From positions 1,830,001 through 1,862,000 of the forward strand of contig NZ_RSDW01000001.1 in the NCBI RefSeq assembly GCF_003945235.1: a stretch of DNA of 32,000 bases, in the 5' to 3' direction. Under the pieces are notes generated by a model that saw only the letters and a program-made list of their open reading frames with translations, searched no databases and was not told the DNA's origin. Each line of letters begins with the position of its first letter. Position 1 is the first letter of the stretch. Below, piece after piece: positions 8,493 through 17,444 of this stretch. Both the position numbers and the translations under genes were made by a program. Source of the stretch: Edaphobacter aggregans (lineage in GTDB: Bacteria; Acidobacteriota; Terriglobia; Terriglobales; Acidobacteriaceae).

Positions 8493-10366
8493 CACTGAAC
8501 CGGAACCCCGTCCAAACTCCCCAGCCGTCCCACCGGATACAAACCCACCCGATTCGCCGCAAACCATGGCGACCGCTCATAAAAAAACTCCAGCCGCGCC
8601 ATAGGATTCCCCGCAAATACCGGATCACTCCCCACCTTCTTCTCAAACTCCGCCTTCAGCTTCGGATCCTTCGCCATCATCTCCCGAGCCAGCTCCTCCA
8701 GCACATACGCCTCGCCATACTCCTTCTGCTCGAAGATCGGGTCAAAGAATCCCCACTGCAGCGCCGAGTCAGGCCCCGCCGGCTCTAGCCACTGCACCGC
8801 AACCCGCGACAGCCGCTGATTCAGTTTCACCACCACCGACCCCGCCGGAAAACTCATCCGCTCCCGCACCAGCGCACAGCTCCCAAACTTCCCCGGACTC
8901 CGAATCGCCTCTCCATTGAACGTCGGGTGCCGCCCCTCAAACGGAGGCTCCTGCCACGTCATCCCCGCGCACTGATACGTCTCCACATCACCCGACCACG
9001 CCGCCGTCGTCCGCTTCATCTCCACCTGGTGAGCCGCCAGCACATCAATCACCTTCGTCCACTGCGCCGGAACAATATAAGCCGCAGGCAACGTCGCCTC
9101 CGCCGTCACCTTGAACCCCGTCTGAAAAGGCAGCGACACGTTCCAAGGCTCATGCGAATACTTCACCCACATCGCACCCGAAACCTCACTCAGCGACCGC
9201 TGAAACGCATACCCCCGAAATAGAAACGGAGTCGTCTGCCCACCCCAACCCAGCGCCAGAGGATACTTCACATTGCTCAGCGGATGCGCTCCCATCCCCT
9301 CGGCCTCTTTATCCGCCGCCGCATTCAACGCAATCACCTTATCCGCATCACGATTCATCAGCTCCATCAGCCCCGCAAGAATCTCGTAATTCCCCGTCAC
9401 CCGAGTCTTATAGTCCTTCAGCATATGCAGCTCGACCAGCATCCCCGGCCGACCCTCAAGAATCATGTACCCGGTCGAAAACCGTGGTGGATTGTCATTG
9501 AACCCCAACCCCTGCGCAGGATCATTGTCATTCACCAGCGTGATGTACGTAGGCGCGGCCAGATGCCCATGATCATCGACATACTTCTGCAGTGTCGGCG
9601 TCGCCACGTCATCCACCCACTTCGCCGTACCGCTAGGCAGATTCGGCCCGTCATCAATCGTGAACGTCACGTCGTACTGATAATCCGCGCCATCCGTCAC
9701 ATGGTCATCGACAAAAAAGTCCGGCAGCCAGCGATGAAACATCGCCATAAACGCCCGCGTCTCCGGAGTATCCGCCTTCATATAATCCCGATTCAAATTC
9801 AGATTCGTCCCATTCCCCCGCCACCCCATCTCCACCGGCCCATTCTGGTTGATCCGGTTGTAAGCGCCCCGCCGCTCATGCCCATCCGCGTTATAGACCG
9901 GAATAAACACAAACACCGCTCGCTCCAGCAGCGCAGCCTTCGTCTTCGAGATCACCATATCCCGCAGCAGCGCAAGGCAAGCATCCTTGCCATCCATCTC
10001 ACCTGCATGGATCGAGTTCTGCACCAGCACAATCGGCCGCTTCGCCGCATGAATCGCCGCCGGATCGAACACCCCATCCCGCGAGACGATCACAATATCC
10101 AGCGCCCGCCCCTCACCCGTCTTCCCAAATGACTCAATCCGCACCTGCCCCGGAGCAGCCGTCTGCACCCGCCTCAGATAAGCCATCGTCTCGTCATGCA
10201 GCGGAGTCGTCGCATAGCAACTCTTCTCCGCCGGAGTAGACCACTCATTACTGGCCGCACACTCCATCGCCCGCGGACCACTCATCAACGGAGGACGCGC
10301 CACAGTCTGCCCAATCGCCACGCCACCACACACGACCGCCGCCGCTAACCCCAACCCAATCCGCAT
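8492..10366 (-). CDS. M14-family zinc carboxypeptidase, secreted
   Basis: HAGEMDG (HxxE zinc ligands), NLNRDY, YNADGHERR. Signal peptide MRIGLGLAAAVVCGGVAIGQ. Confidence 0.85.
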   Translation of the reverse strand: MRIGLGLAAAVVCGGVAIGQTVARPPLMSGPRAMECAASNEWSTPAEKSCYATTPLHDETMAYLRRVQTAAPGQVRIESFGKTGEGRALDIVIVSRDGVFDPAAIHAAKRPIVLVQNSIHAGEMDGKDACLALLRDMVISKTKAALLERAVFVFIPVYNADGHERRGAYNRINQNGPVEMGWRGNGTNLNLNRDYMKADTPETRAFMAMFHRWLPDFFVDDHVTDGADYQYDVTFTIDDGPNLPSGTAKWVDDVATPTLQKYVDDHGHLAAPTYITLVNDNDPAQGLGFNDNPPRFSTGYMILEGRPGMLVELHMLKDYKTRVTGNYEILAGLMELMNRDADKVIALNAAADKEAEGMGAHPLSNVKYPLALGWGGQTTPFLFRGYAFQRSLSEVSGAMWVKYSHEPWNVSLPFQTGFKVTAEATLPAAYIVPAQWTKVIDVLAAHQVEMKRTTAAWSGDVETYQCAGMTWQEPPFEGRHPTFNGEAIRSPGKFGSCALVRERMSFPAGSVVVKLNQRLSRVAVQWLEPAGPDSALQWGFFDPIFEQKEYGEAYVLEELAREMMAKDPKLKAEFEKKVGSDPVFAGNPMARLEFFYERSPWFAANRVGLYPVGRLGSLDGVPVQ

Positions 10367-10439
10367 CGAAGCTCCTTGTGAGGCCGATTCTAAAGGAACT
10401 TCCTGATACGCGGAGTCTGAGGCAGCGAGGACAACCCGA

Positions 10440-10856
10440 CTACGCCTGCGCAGGCGCTTCCGTATTCACCATCCACGGCACATCGAACTTATCCACACAC
10501 ATCCCGAACCCTGGAGACCAGAAGGTCTTCTGGTAGGCCATATGCGCCTGTCCGCCATCAGAAAGCGCCTTGAAAATACGCTCCCCTTCCGCAGCATCCT
10601 TCACCGTCACCGACACGCTAAACCCCGCCGGCTTCGTCGCTCTTCCCTGCGGATTATCCGATCCCATCACAAGGCCGCCCGGTGTCTGCAGCGTCGCATG
10701 CATGATCTTGTCCTTCCACTCCGGCGCGGTCTTGTCTGCCATCGGCGATTCGCCATGCGTCATCATGAACAGGATCTTCCCGCCCAACGCGTTCTCATAA
10801 AACTGAAAAGCGTCCTTACAGTTTCCGTTAAATACCAGATACGTATTTACCATCAT
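10440..10856 (-). CDS. VOC-superfamily protein, PhnB-like
   Basis: 138 aa with YLVFNGNCKDAFQFYENALGG ... FGMCVDKFDVPWMVN, typical of the PhnB / 3-demethylubiquinone-9 methyltransferase-domain family. SD GAGGAGGA upstream. Confidence 0.8.
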   Translation of the reverse strand: MMVNTYLVFNGNCKDAFQFYENALGGKILFMMTHGESPMADKTAPEWKDKIMHATLQTPGGLVMGSDNPQGRATKPAGFSVSVTVKDAAEGERIFKALSDGGQAHMAYQKTFWSPGFGMCVDKFDVPWMVNTEAPAQA

Positions 10857-10966
10857 CGCGAATTATCCTCCTCGATACTCCCGAAAAACTCTACCCGGAT
10901 CACACCCAAAAGCGCAATTAACCCCGTCACAAAATTCAACGAACATAAACCGTTTATCCTCTCCCC

Positions 10967-11659
10967 ATGAGCCACGAAAAGCCCGAAGAGAAAAACAACG
11001 AACTCTGGACCGCAGTCGACACCTACATCACCCAAAACCTCATCCCCACCGACCCCATCCTCGATGAGACCCTGAAGTCCAACGCCGAAGCCGGCCTTCC
11101 CTCCATCGACGTCTCCCCCACGCAGGGCAAATTCCTGCATCTCCTCGCCACCATCAAAGGCGCAAACCGCATCCTCGAAGTCGGAACCCTCGGCGGCTAC
11201 TCCACCATCTGGCTCGCCCGAGCACTCCCCACCGACGGCAAGCTCATCACCCTCGAGGTCAGCCCCAAACACGCCGAAGTCGCCGCCAAAAACATCGCCC
11301 GCGCCGGCCTAACGTCCCGTGTCGAGCAGCGCGTCGGTCCCGCCCTCGACTCCCTTGCCCAGCTCCAAGCCGAGCACGCCGCACCCTTCGACCTCATCTT
11401 CATCGACGCCGACAAGCCCAACAACCCCAACTATCTCGACTGGGCCCTGCGCCTCTCCCATCCCGGCACCATCATCATCACCGATAACGTCATCCGCGAA
11501 GGCGGCATCATCAACGCCGACGACCCCGACCCAGCCATCCAGGGCACACGCCGCCTCTTCGAAAAACTAGGCACCGAGCCCCGCCTCGAAGCCACAGCCC
11601 TCCAAACCGTAGGCTGCAAAAAACACGACGGCTTCGCCATAGCCATCGTCAAAGAATAG
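10967..11659 (+). CDS. class I SAM-dependent O-methyltransferase (family 3, caffeoyl-CoA OMT-like)
   Basis: ILEVGTLGGYSTIWLARAL (motif I), LITLEVSP, FDLIFIDADKPNNPNY, GTIIITDNV. Confidence 0.85.
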   Translation: MSHEKPEEKNNELWTAVDTYITQNLIPTDPILDETLKSNAEAGLPSIDVSPTQGKFLHLLATIKGANRILEVGTLGGYSTIWLARALPTDGKLITLEVSPKHAEVAAKNIARAGLTSRVEQRVGPALDSLAQLQAEHAAPFDLIFIDADKPNNPNYLDWALRLSHPGTIIITDNVIREGGIINADDPDPAIQGTRRLFEKLGTEPRLEATALQTVGCKKHDGFAIAIVKE

Positions 11660-11662
11660 CGA

Positions 11663-11714
11663 GTAGGGGATAGGGGCAACCAGCATGTACTACACCCTTC
11701 CCCCTATCCCCTAC
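11663..11714. terminator. perfect 14-bp palindrome arms (GTAGGGGATAGGGG / CCCCTATCCCCTAC) with 24-nt loop between the convergent OMT and ispF genes
   Basis: Read directly. No U-tract on either side. Confidence 0.4.
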
Positions 11715-11722
11715 ACCCTCTC

Positions 11723-12334
11723 TTAAGTCAGATCATCCGTATCAAACGCAGGCTTCCGCCCCAGCGCCGACACATCGCGCGACCCACCCACAAGCCCTTT
11801 CACCACCTGATCGATCTCGTCCTCCACATCAGCAGTGGCAACCATCCGCGCAGATGACTCAGCAAGCCCAACGCTCTCAAGCAGCACCGTCGCATGGGCG
11901 ACCGCAACATGGTCCTGATTCAACCCTTCAGGCGTCTTGGCCTTGATCCCGACCTCGCCCGGCTTCACGCCCAACAACTCCGCCACGCGCTCCCGCAGCT
12001 CCCCGGCAATCGGCACAATCTTCGGCTTCGCCAGCACCAGCACCGTATCGATATTGACGATCTTGTACCCCGCCGTCGCCACCTCTTCGAGCGCGGTCTG
12101 CAAAAACACACTAGAAGCCGCACCTTTCCACCGAGGATCGCTAGGCGGAAAGAAAGTCCCAATATCCCCCGCCGAAACCGCACCCAGCAAAGCATCCGTA
12201 ATCGCATGCAGCAACACATCCCCATCCGAGTGCCCAGCCAGCCCCTCCGAATGCTCAATCGCCAAGCCACCAATCACCAGCGGCACGCCGGGCTTGAACG
12301 CATGCGAATCAAACCCATATCCAATTCTCATCAT
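11723..12334 (-). CDS. ispF: 2-C-methyl-D-erythritol 2,4-cyclodiphosphate synthase with a C-terminal extension of about 45 aa
   Basis: GYGFDSHAF, GHSDGDVLLHAITDALLGA, DIGTFFP, and the KAKTPEGL region. The canonical domain ends near VLLE. Start ATG overlaps the upstream ORF stop (ATGA, 12331-12334). Confidence 0.9.
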   Translation of the reverse strand: MMRIGYGFDSHAFKPGVPLVIGGLAIEHSEGLAGHSDGDVLLHAITDALLGAVSAGDIGTFFPPSDPRWKGAASSVFLQTALEEVATAGYKIVNIDTVLVLAKPKIVPIAGELRERVAELLGVKPGEVGIKAKTPEGLNQDHVAVAHATVLLESVGLAESSARMVATADVEDEIDQVVKGLVGGSRDVSALGRKPAFDTDDLT

Positions 12335-12804
12335 GGAATCATCTCAGGAGCCAAAAAAGGCTCAACACCGATTGTCACCGATTCCACCGATTTATGTATC
12401 GGCTTCTTCAACTCATTGTCCATCACGAACCTTTTGAACCTTGGCGATGGCCCAAAATTCATAAGCAAGCCAACCTCGATCGTGGTTGCTCGCAGATAGT
12501 GCATCGTCTGCGATTCATGTTGCCGCATCATCTGATCGCTAGCCTTCAATTCAACAAGCACAGCGTCATTTACGATCAAATCGGCTCTAAATACTCCAAC
12601 AACACTTCCACGAAAGCTCACCGGCACAGGAACCTCCGTATTCACCCTCAAACCCACCTGCGTCAATGCCAGCCTCATCGCCTCCCGATACACCGACTCA
12701 AGAAACCCATCCCCAAGCTCGTTATACACATCATAGAAAACCCCAATAATTCGCTCCGTGAGATCATCATGCTTGCCACGAGTTCGCTTCTGATCGGTTT
12801 CCAT
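12331..12804 (-). CDS. GxxExxY protein (PD-(D/E)XK-like small protein family) with a read-through C-terminal tail
   Basis: GFLESVY signature, VLVELKA, GLLMNFG, all typical of the family. ATG at 12802-12804 (a TTG at 12805-12807 is also possible). The last ~30 codons (KKPIHKSVESVTIGVEPFLAPEMIP) are translated from the flanking repeat array. Confidence 0.8.
   Translation of the reverse strand: METDQKRTRGKHDDLTERIIGVFYDVYNELGDGFLESVYREAMRLALTQVGLRVNTEVPVPVSFRGSVVGVFRADLIVNDAVLVELKASDQMMRQHESQTMHYLRATTIEVGLLMNFGPSPRFKRFVMDNELKKPIHKSVESVTIGVEPFLAPEMIP
12364..12399. repeat. left inverted array: CACCGAT x3 (12366, 12376, 12385)
   Basis: Its reverse complement ...AAATCGGTGGAATCGGTGACAATCGGTGTT aligns with 12827-12862 (about 26/32 by hand). 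Confidence 0.7.
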
Positions 12805-12826
12805 CAATAATCAGGCCTTTGCTTGT

Positions 12827-12862
12827 TTTTAATCGGTCTAATCGGTGTAGATCGGTGTTAAG
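12827..12862. repeat. right array: ATCGGTN x3 (12832, 12841, 12851)
   Basis: TTTTAATCGGTCTAATCGGTGTAGATCGGTGTTAAG. The last unit runs into the ispD stop codon (TTA 12858-12860). Confidence 0.7.
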
Positions 12863-13574
12863 CCTTCGCCTGCCCTAAGTAGAACTCCGCCAGCTCAATA
12901 TCCCCCGGCTGAGTAATCTTGAAATTCCTGGCCGACCCCGGCACTACAGCCACCTCAATCCCCGCCCGCTCCAGCAGACTAGCCTCATCCGTCCCGGCAA
13001 ACCCATCCGCCTCGGCCTCCGCATAGGCCCGCCGCAACAACCCCACCCGAGCACCCTGCGGAGTCTGCGCATGCACAATCCGTTCCCGCGGAATCGTCGC
13101 CGTCACAATCGCCCCCTCGGCCGTCCGCTCCACCTGCTTGATCGTGTCCACCGCCGGCAACCCAACGATCGCCGCGCCATGCTTCACCACCGCATCAATC
13201 GTCCGCTCAATCGTCGCCGGATCGATCAGCGGCCGCACCGCATCATGCACGAGCACGACATCGTCCTCATCGCACTCCAACGCAGCCAGAGCATTCCCCA
13301 CCGACTCCTGCCGATGATCGCCACCCTCGACCATATGCACCAACGGCCCCAGCTTGTACTCCGCCACCTGAGCCTCCACCCGATCCTTCTCGGCGCCGCG
13401 CACAGCAACACAAACCGCGTCCACCCGAGGCACCGCCAAAAACGCCCTCAGCGACCGGATCAGCACCGGCACACCGCCAATCTCAAGAAACTGTTTCGGC
13501 GCCACCGTCGACGCACCACCCGCGGCCATCCGCGTCCCAATACCCGCTGCAGGAAGAATCACAAAAACTCGCAT
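12858..13574 (-). CDS. ispD: 2-C-methyl-D-erythritol 4-phosphate cytidylyltransferase
   Basis: VILPAAGIGTRM, KQFLEIGG, VLVHDAVRP, VDTIK, and the C-terminal NFKITQPGDIELAE. Start taken at ATG 13572-13574 (MRVFVILPAAG). The upstream in-frame Mets add a non-conserved leader. Confidence 0.88.
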   Translation of the reverse strand: MRVFVILPAAGIGTRMAAGGASTVAPKQFLEIGGVPVLIRSLRAFLAVPRVDAVCVAVRGAEKDRVEAQVAEYKLGPLVHMVEGGDHRQESVGNALAALECDEDDVVLVHDAVRPLIDPATIERTIDAVVKHGAAIVGLPAVDTIKQVERTAEGAIVTATIPRERIVHAQTPQGARVGLLRRAYAEAEADGFAGTDEASLLERAGIEVAVVPGSARNFKITQPGDIELAEFYLGQAKA

Positions 13575-13678
13575 AACCACCGGAGTATACAAGATTGGGG
13601 TGCTCATGCAGACCGCCACATCTTCGTCCAACTCGTAAACGGGTGATGCGCTATCATCACTGCGCCGAGGTCAGGACC

Positions 13679-14175
13679 ATGCCAGTCGCTACTCTCACGC
13701 AAACCAACAACAGAGTTGGCAGGATTCTTCGTACCATCACTCTGTTGTTCCTTGGAACTGCGGCTGCATATTCACAGACTCAATCTCTTGATCCACTCAA
13801 GAATATAGTTTTCTCCGGGCATGTGACGGACCCACCGGCGCATCCATCCCCAAAGCTACGATCAGCCTTGAAGCCAAAGAAAAAACCATCCTGTTAGTAA
13901 ATGGCGACCAGGCAGGCCATTTCGCAATCGAGGCGCGACCAGGAGAATACACGTTGAGAGTGCTTTCCCCTGGTTTCGCAACTTATCAGCAATCAATCAA
14001 TCTCGCCGATGCCACCGCAACCAAGAAAGACATTGTTCTTCAGGTAGCTAATTGCAGCCCTTGCCTCGAGGTCCTGAGCGGTCCTCAAATCGAAACTCTC
14101 GATGCCTCACTCACATCCATGCTGACTCTCAACCCACTCCCGCCACTCAAACTTCACAAACGCACCGCCCGCTAA
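13679..14175 (+). pseudogene. carboxypeptidase-regulatory-like (CarboxypepD_reg) domain protein, disrupted by a 1-nt frameshift
   Basis: Frame 2 gives a signal peptide plus ...IVFSGHVTDP. Frame 1 continues TGASIPKATISLEAKEKTILLVNGDQAGHFAIEARPGEYTLRVLSPGFATYQQSINL. Joined, these form one canonical domain. The shift maps to the C-run at 13831-13833. Confidence 0.65.
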
Positions 14176-14187
14176 GATAAAAGCTGC

Positions 14188-15264
14188 ATGCCTGCAGCCC
14201 CCACCCTCGCCTTCGACCGCACCCACATCCACCCCGGCGACCGCATCTGCGTAGCCATCTCCGGCGGAGCCGACTCCGTAGCGCTCCTCCTGACCCTCCA
14301 CGCCGCCAACACAGCGAAGCATAACGCTCTCGGAGTAGGCCTCTCCGCCGCCCACGTCGACCACGGCATTCGCACCCCCGAAGAATCCGCCGCCGACCTG
14401 ACCTTCGTTCAACACCTCTGCACCCGCCTCGACGTCCCCCTCCACATCCACCGCGCCAACGTCCCGGTCCGAGTCGCCCAAACCGGTGAGACCATCGAAG
14501 AAGCCGCCCGCGCCATCCGCTACGACTTCTTCCACACCCTCATCACCTCCGGCCAGGCCGACTCCATCCTCACCGCCCACACCCTCGACGACCAAGCCGA
14601 AACCGTCCTCATGAAGCTCCTCCGCGGAGCCTGGACCGAAGGCCTCTCCGCCATCCACCCCGTAGTCACCGTCAACACCCCGGGCCAGCGCCCCGGCAAA
14701 ATCCTCCGGCCCTTCCTCCAAACCCGCCGCGCCGACATCGAAACCTACCTCCGCGCCCTCAACCAGCCCTGGCAGGAAGACGCCACCAACACCGACACCG
14801 CCTACACACGAAACCGCATCCGTCACCACCTCATGCCCCAGCTCCGCGACTACAACCCCAGCATTGACCAGACCTTAGCCAATCTCGCCGACCTCGCCCG
14901 CGAAGAAGAGTCCCGGTGGCAAACCGAGCTCACTCGCCTCCTCCCCCAGCTCCTGCTCCCCGGCAAGCCCGTCCGTGGCGGAGGCCGCTCCGTCAGCACA
15001 ACCCCCGGCGAAGCCGCCATCTCCATCGAAATCGACCGCCTCCGCACCCTCGACCCCGCCCTTCGCCGCCGAGTCCTCCGAGCCGCCGCACGCCAGCTCG
15101 GCGCCCGCCTCAGCTTCGACGAGACCGCCCGCCTCCTCGCCCTCTGCGGCTTCCATACCATCCCCACCGTCTCCTCCCGCCCCGGATCCACCCTCCATCT
15201 TGCTGACAACCTTCGAGCCGAACGCTCCCCCCGCGAAATCCGCCTCTACCGGCAAAAGCCGTGA
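14188..15264 (+). CDS. tilS: tRNA(Ile)-lysidine synthase
   Basis: PP-loop ICVAISGGADSVALL, HVDHGIR, TAHTLDDQAETVLMKLLRG. Lies upstream of ftsH (conserved synteny). Confidence 0.9.
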   Translation: MPAAPTLAFDRTHIHPGDRICVAISGGADSVALLLTLHAANTAKHNALGVGLSAAHVDHGIRTPEESAADLTFVQHLCTRLDVPLHIHRANVPVRVAQTGETIEEAARAIRYDFFHTLITSGQADSILTAHTLDDQAETVLMKLLRGAWTEGLSAIHPVVTVNTPGQRPGKILRPFLQTRRADIETYLRALNQPWQEDATNTDTAYTRNRIRHHLMPQLRDYNPSIDQTLANLADLAREEESRWQTELTRLLPQLLLPGKPVRGGGRSVSTTPGEAAISIEIDRLRTLDPALRRRVLRAAARQLGARLSFDETARLLALCGFHTIPTVSSRPGSTLHLADNLRAERSPREIRLYRQKP

Positions 15265-15524
15265 CCCACACCCACCCCACCCTCACTCCTTAGTTGCAGC
15301 AACATTCCCATTTCAGAAACCCCTGAATCGTTCCCCGAAAGAGTAGAATCTGATTAACTGACGGACAGGGCAGTTACTGAGGTGCTGAGCGTCTCCCGCC
15401 AGCCTTCCCCAGAACTTTCCCTTATTGATATCGTCTAACGATTGGGGCTTCAGGACATGCAGGTGTCCGGCAGCCGGGTCTGACAGCAAAACTAGCTTCA
15501 GACCGGAAAAAGAGGAAATTCGCT

Positions 15525-17441
15525 TTGAACTCGACCGTCAAACAAATTCTGATCTGGGTCTTCATGGCTACATGCCTGGTCTTCCTTTGGCAGTTCGTCG
15601 TCAAGGGCACCGGCACCAGCCAGGAAAAGAACATCAGCCTGACCCAACTCCTCAACGACGCCGACCAGGGCAAGATCAGCGAGGTCACGGTCAATGGCGC
15701 TGAGGTTACGGGCAAGTACCGCGAGGGCAGTGTCCAGTTCCACACCACCATTCCGGGCAACTATCCGGACATGTACAAGACCCTGCGCGATCACGGCGTC
15801 AATATCACCATCAAGGACCAGAACTCGAACGCGTGGCTCGGATTCCTTATCCAGCTAGCGCCCTTCGCTCTCCTCCTTGGTCTCTGGTTCTTCCTTCTGC
15901 GCCAGATGCAGTCCGGCGGAAACAAGGCCATGAGCTTTGGCAAGTCCCGCGCCCGCCTGCTCTCCATGCAGCAGAAGAAGATCACCTTCAAGGATGTCGC
16001 TGGCGTCGACGAAGCCAAGGAAGAGCTCAAGGAGATCATCGAGTTCCTCCGCGAAGCTCAGAAGTTCCAGCGCCTCGGTGGCCGCATCCCCAAGGGCGTC
16101 CTCCTCGTCGGACCTCCGGGAACCGGCAAGACCCTCTTGGCCCGCGCTGTCGCTGGCGAAGCCAACGTTCCCTTCTTCTCCATCTCCGGTTCTGACTTCG
16201 TCGAGATGTTCGTAGGCGTCGGCGCATCCCGCGTCCGCGACCTCTTCGAGCAGGGCAAGAAGAACGCCCCTTGCATCATCTTCATCGACGAAATCGACGC
16301 CGTCGGTCGTCACCGTGGCGCAGGCCTCGGCGGCGGACACGACGAGCGCGAGCAGACCCTCAACCAGCTTCTCGTCGAGATGGACGGCTTCGAATCCAAC
16401 GACGGTGTCATCCTCGTCGCCGCGACCAACCGGCCCGACGTTCTTGACCCCGCGCTTCTCCGCCCCGGCCGTTTTGATCGTCGCGTCATCGTCGATCGTC
16501 CCGACATCCGTGGCCGCGAGGAAGTTCTCAAGGTCCACTCCAAGAAGGTCCCCATGGCCGAAGACGTCAATCTCAACGTCCTCGCTCGTGGAACACCAGG
16601 CTTCTCCGGTGCCGACCTCGCCAACATGGTCAACGAGGCCGCACTCACCGCCGCCCGCTACAACCGCAAGTCGGTCCACATGTACGACTTCGAAGTAGCC
16701 AAGGACAAGGTCATGATGGGTGCCGAGCGCAAGTCGATGCTCCTCACGGACGAAGAGAAGAAGGTCACCGCCTATCACGAAGCCGGTCACACCCTCGTCT
16801 CCGCACTCCGCGAGCACTCCGACCCGCTCCACAAGGTCACCATCATCCCCCGCGGAATGGCCCTCGGAGTCACGGTCTACCTCCCCGAAGAGGACCAGCA
16901 CACCGTCACCAAGGAGTATCTCGAGACCCGTCTCGCGACTCTCATGGGCGGACGCTGCGCCGAAGAGATCTTCCTCAAGAAGATGACCACAGGCGCAGGC
17001 AACGACATTGAGCGCATCACCGAACTCGCCCGCAAGATGGTTTGCGAGTACGGCATGTCGAAGCTGGGTCCCATGACCTACGGCAAGAAGGAAGAGCAGA
17101 TCTTCCTCGGCCGCGAGATCGCCCAGCACCGCGATTTCTCCGAAGAGACAGCCCGCCAGATCGACGGCGAGGTTCGCTCCTTCGTCGACACCGCCTACCA
17201 GTCGGCCTACAACCTTCTCAACAGCAACCACGACATCATGCACCGCATGGCAGCCGCCCTGCTCGAGCGTGAAACCCTGGACGCAGCTGAGATCAAGCTG
17301 ATCATCGAAGGCAAGGAACTCTCAGCCATCAAGTCGCCTCTCTCCGGAGTCGACCCCGGCTCAGGCGAAGCCCAGAAGGTCCTCAAGCCCGAAGGCGGCC
17401 GCAAGCCCGGCTTCGGCGAAGGACAACCTTCTCCGGCATAA
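15525..17441 (+). CDS. ftsH: ATP-dependent zinc metalloprotease FtsH
   Basis: Walker [19 protein letters not shown], Walker [33 protein letters not shown], and HEAGH zinc site, with two N-terminal TM helices. A TTG start at 15525 behind AAGAGGAAA keeps TM1 intact. Confidence 0.95.
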   Translation: MNSTVKQILIWVFMATCLVFLWQFVVKGTGTSQEKNISLTQLLNDADQGKISEVTVNGAEVTGKYREGSVQFHTTIPGNYPDMYKTLRDHGVNITIKDQNSNAWLGFLIQLAPFALLLGLWFFLLRQMQSGGNKAMSFGKSRARLLSMQQKKITFKDVAGVDEAKEELKEIIEFLREAQKFQRLGGRIPKGVLLVGPPGTGKTLLARAVAGEANVPFFSISGSDFVEMFVGVGASRVRDLFEQGKKNAPCIIFIDEIDAVGRHRGAGLGGGHDEREQTLNQLLVEMDGFESNDGVILVAATNRPDVLDPALLRPGRFDRRVIVDRPDIRGREEVLKVHSKKVPMAEDVNLNVLARGTPGFSGADLANMVNEAALTAARYNRKSVHMYDFEVAKDKVMMGAERKSMLLTDEEKKVTAYHEAGHTLVSALREHSDPLHKVTIIPRGMALGVTVYLPEEDQHTVTKEYLETRLATLMGGRCAEEIFLKKMTTGAGNDIERITELARKMVCEYGMSKLGPMTYGKKEEQIFLGREIAQHRDFSEETARQIDGEVRSFVDTAYQSAYNLLNSNHDIMHRMAAALLERETLDAAEIKLIIEGKELSAIKSPLSGVDPGSGEAQKVLKPEGGRKPGFGEGQPSPA

Positions 17442-17444
17442 CTT

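Noticed and set aside
12832-12857. Tandem ATCGGTG units considered as a CRISPR-like or satellite array
   Set aside because: The units are 9-10 nt with no spacers of CRISPR size and only three copies. No cas genes are present. They are better described as terminal arrays of a cassette.
14072-14081. 10-nt match TCCTGAGCGG shared between the CarboxypepD_reg gene and the holA insertion
   Set aside because: Too short, and the flanks are unrelated. This is compatible with chance in 32 kb of GC-rich DNA.
15477-15504. 7-9-bp hairpin (GGTCTGA...TCAGACC) in the tilS-ftsH spacer, considered as an RNA thermometer or attenuator for ftsH
   Set aside because: The stem ends before the SD (AAGAGGAAA, 15509-15517) and does not sequester it or the TTG start. 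There is no U-tract. Nothing distinguishes it from a chance hairpin.
15265-15524. Absence of hpt between tilS and ftsH (the common tilS-hpt-ftsH order)
   Set aside because: Gene order varies among phyla. The 260-nt spacer contains no hpt remnant that I could translate, so there is nothing to report beyond ordinary variation.
15855-17243. 462-aa ORF antisense to ftsH
   Set aside because: Antisense shadow ORF with Gly/Asp/Val/Ala-rich content. ftsH on the + strand is unambiguous.
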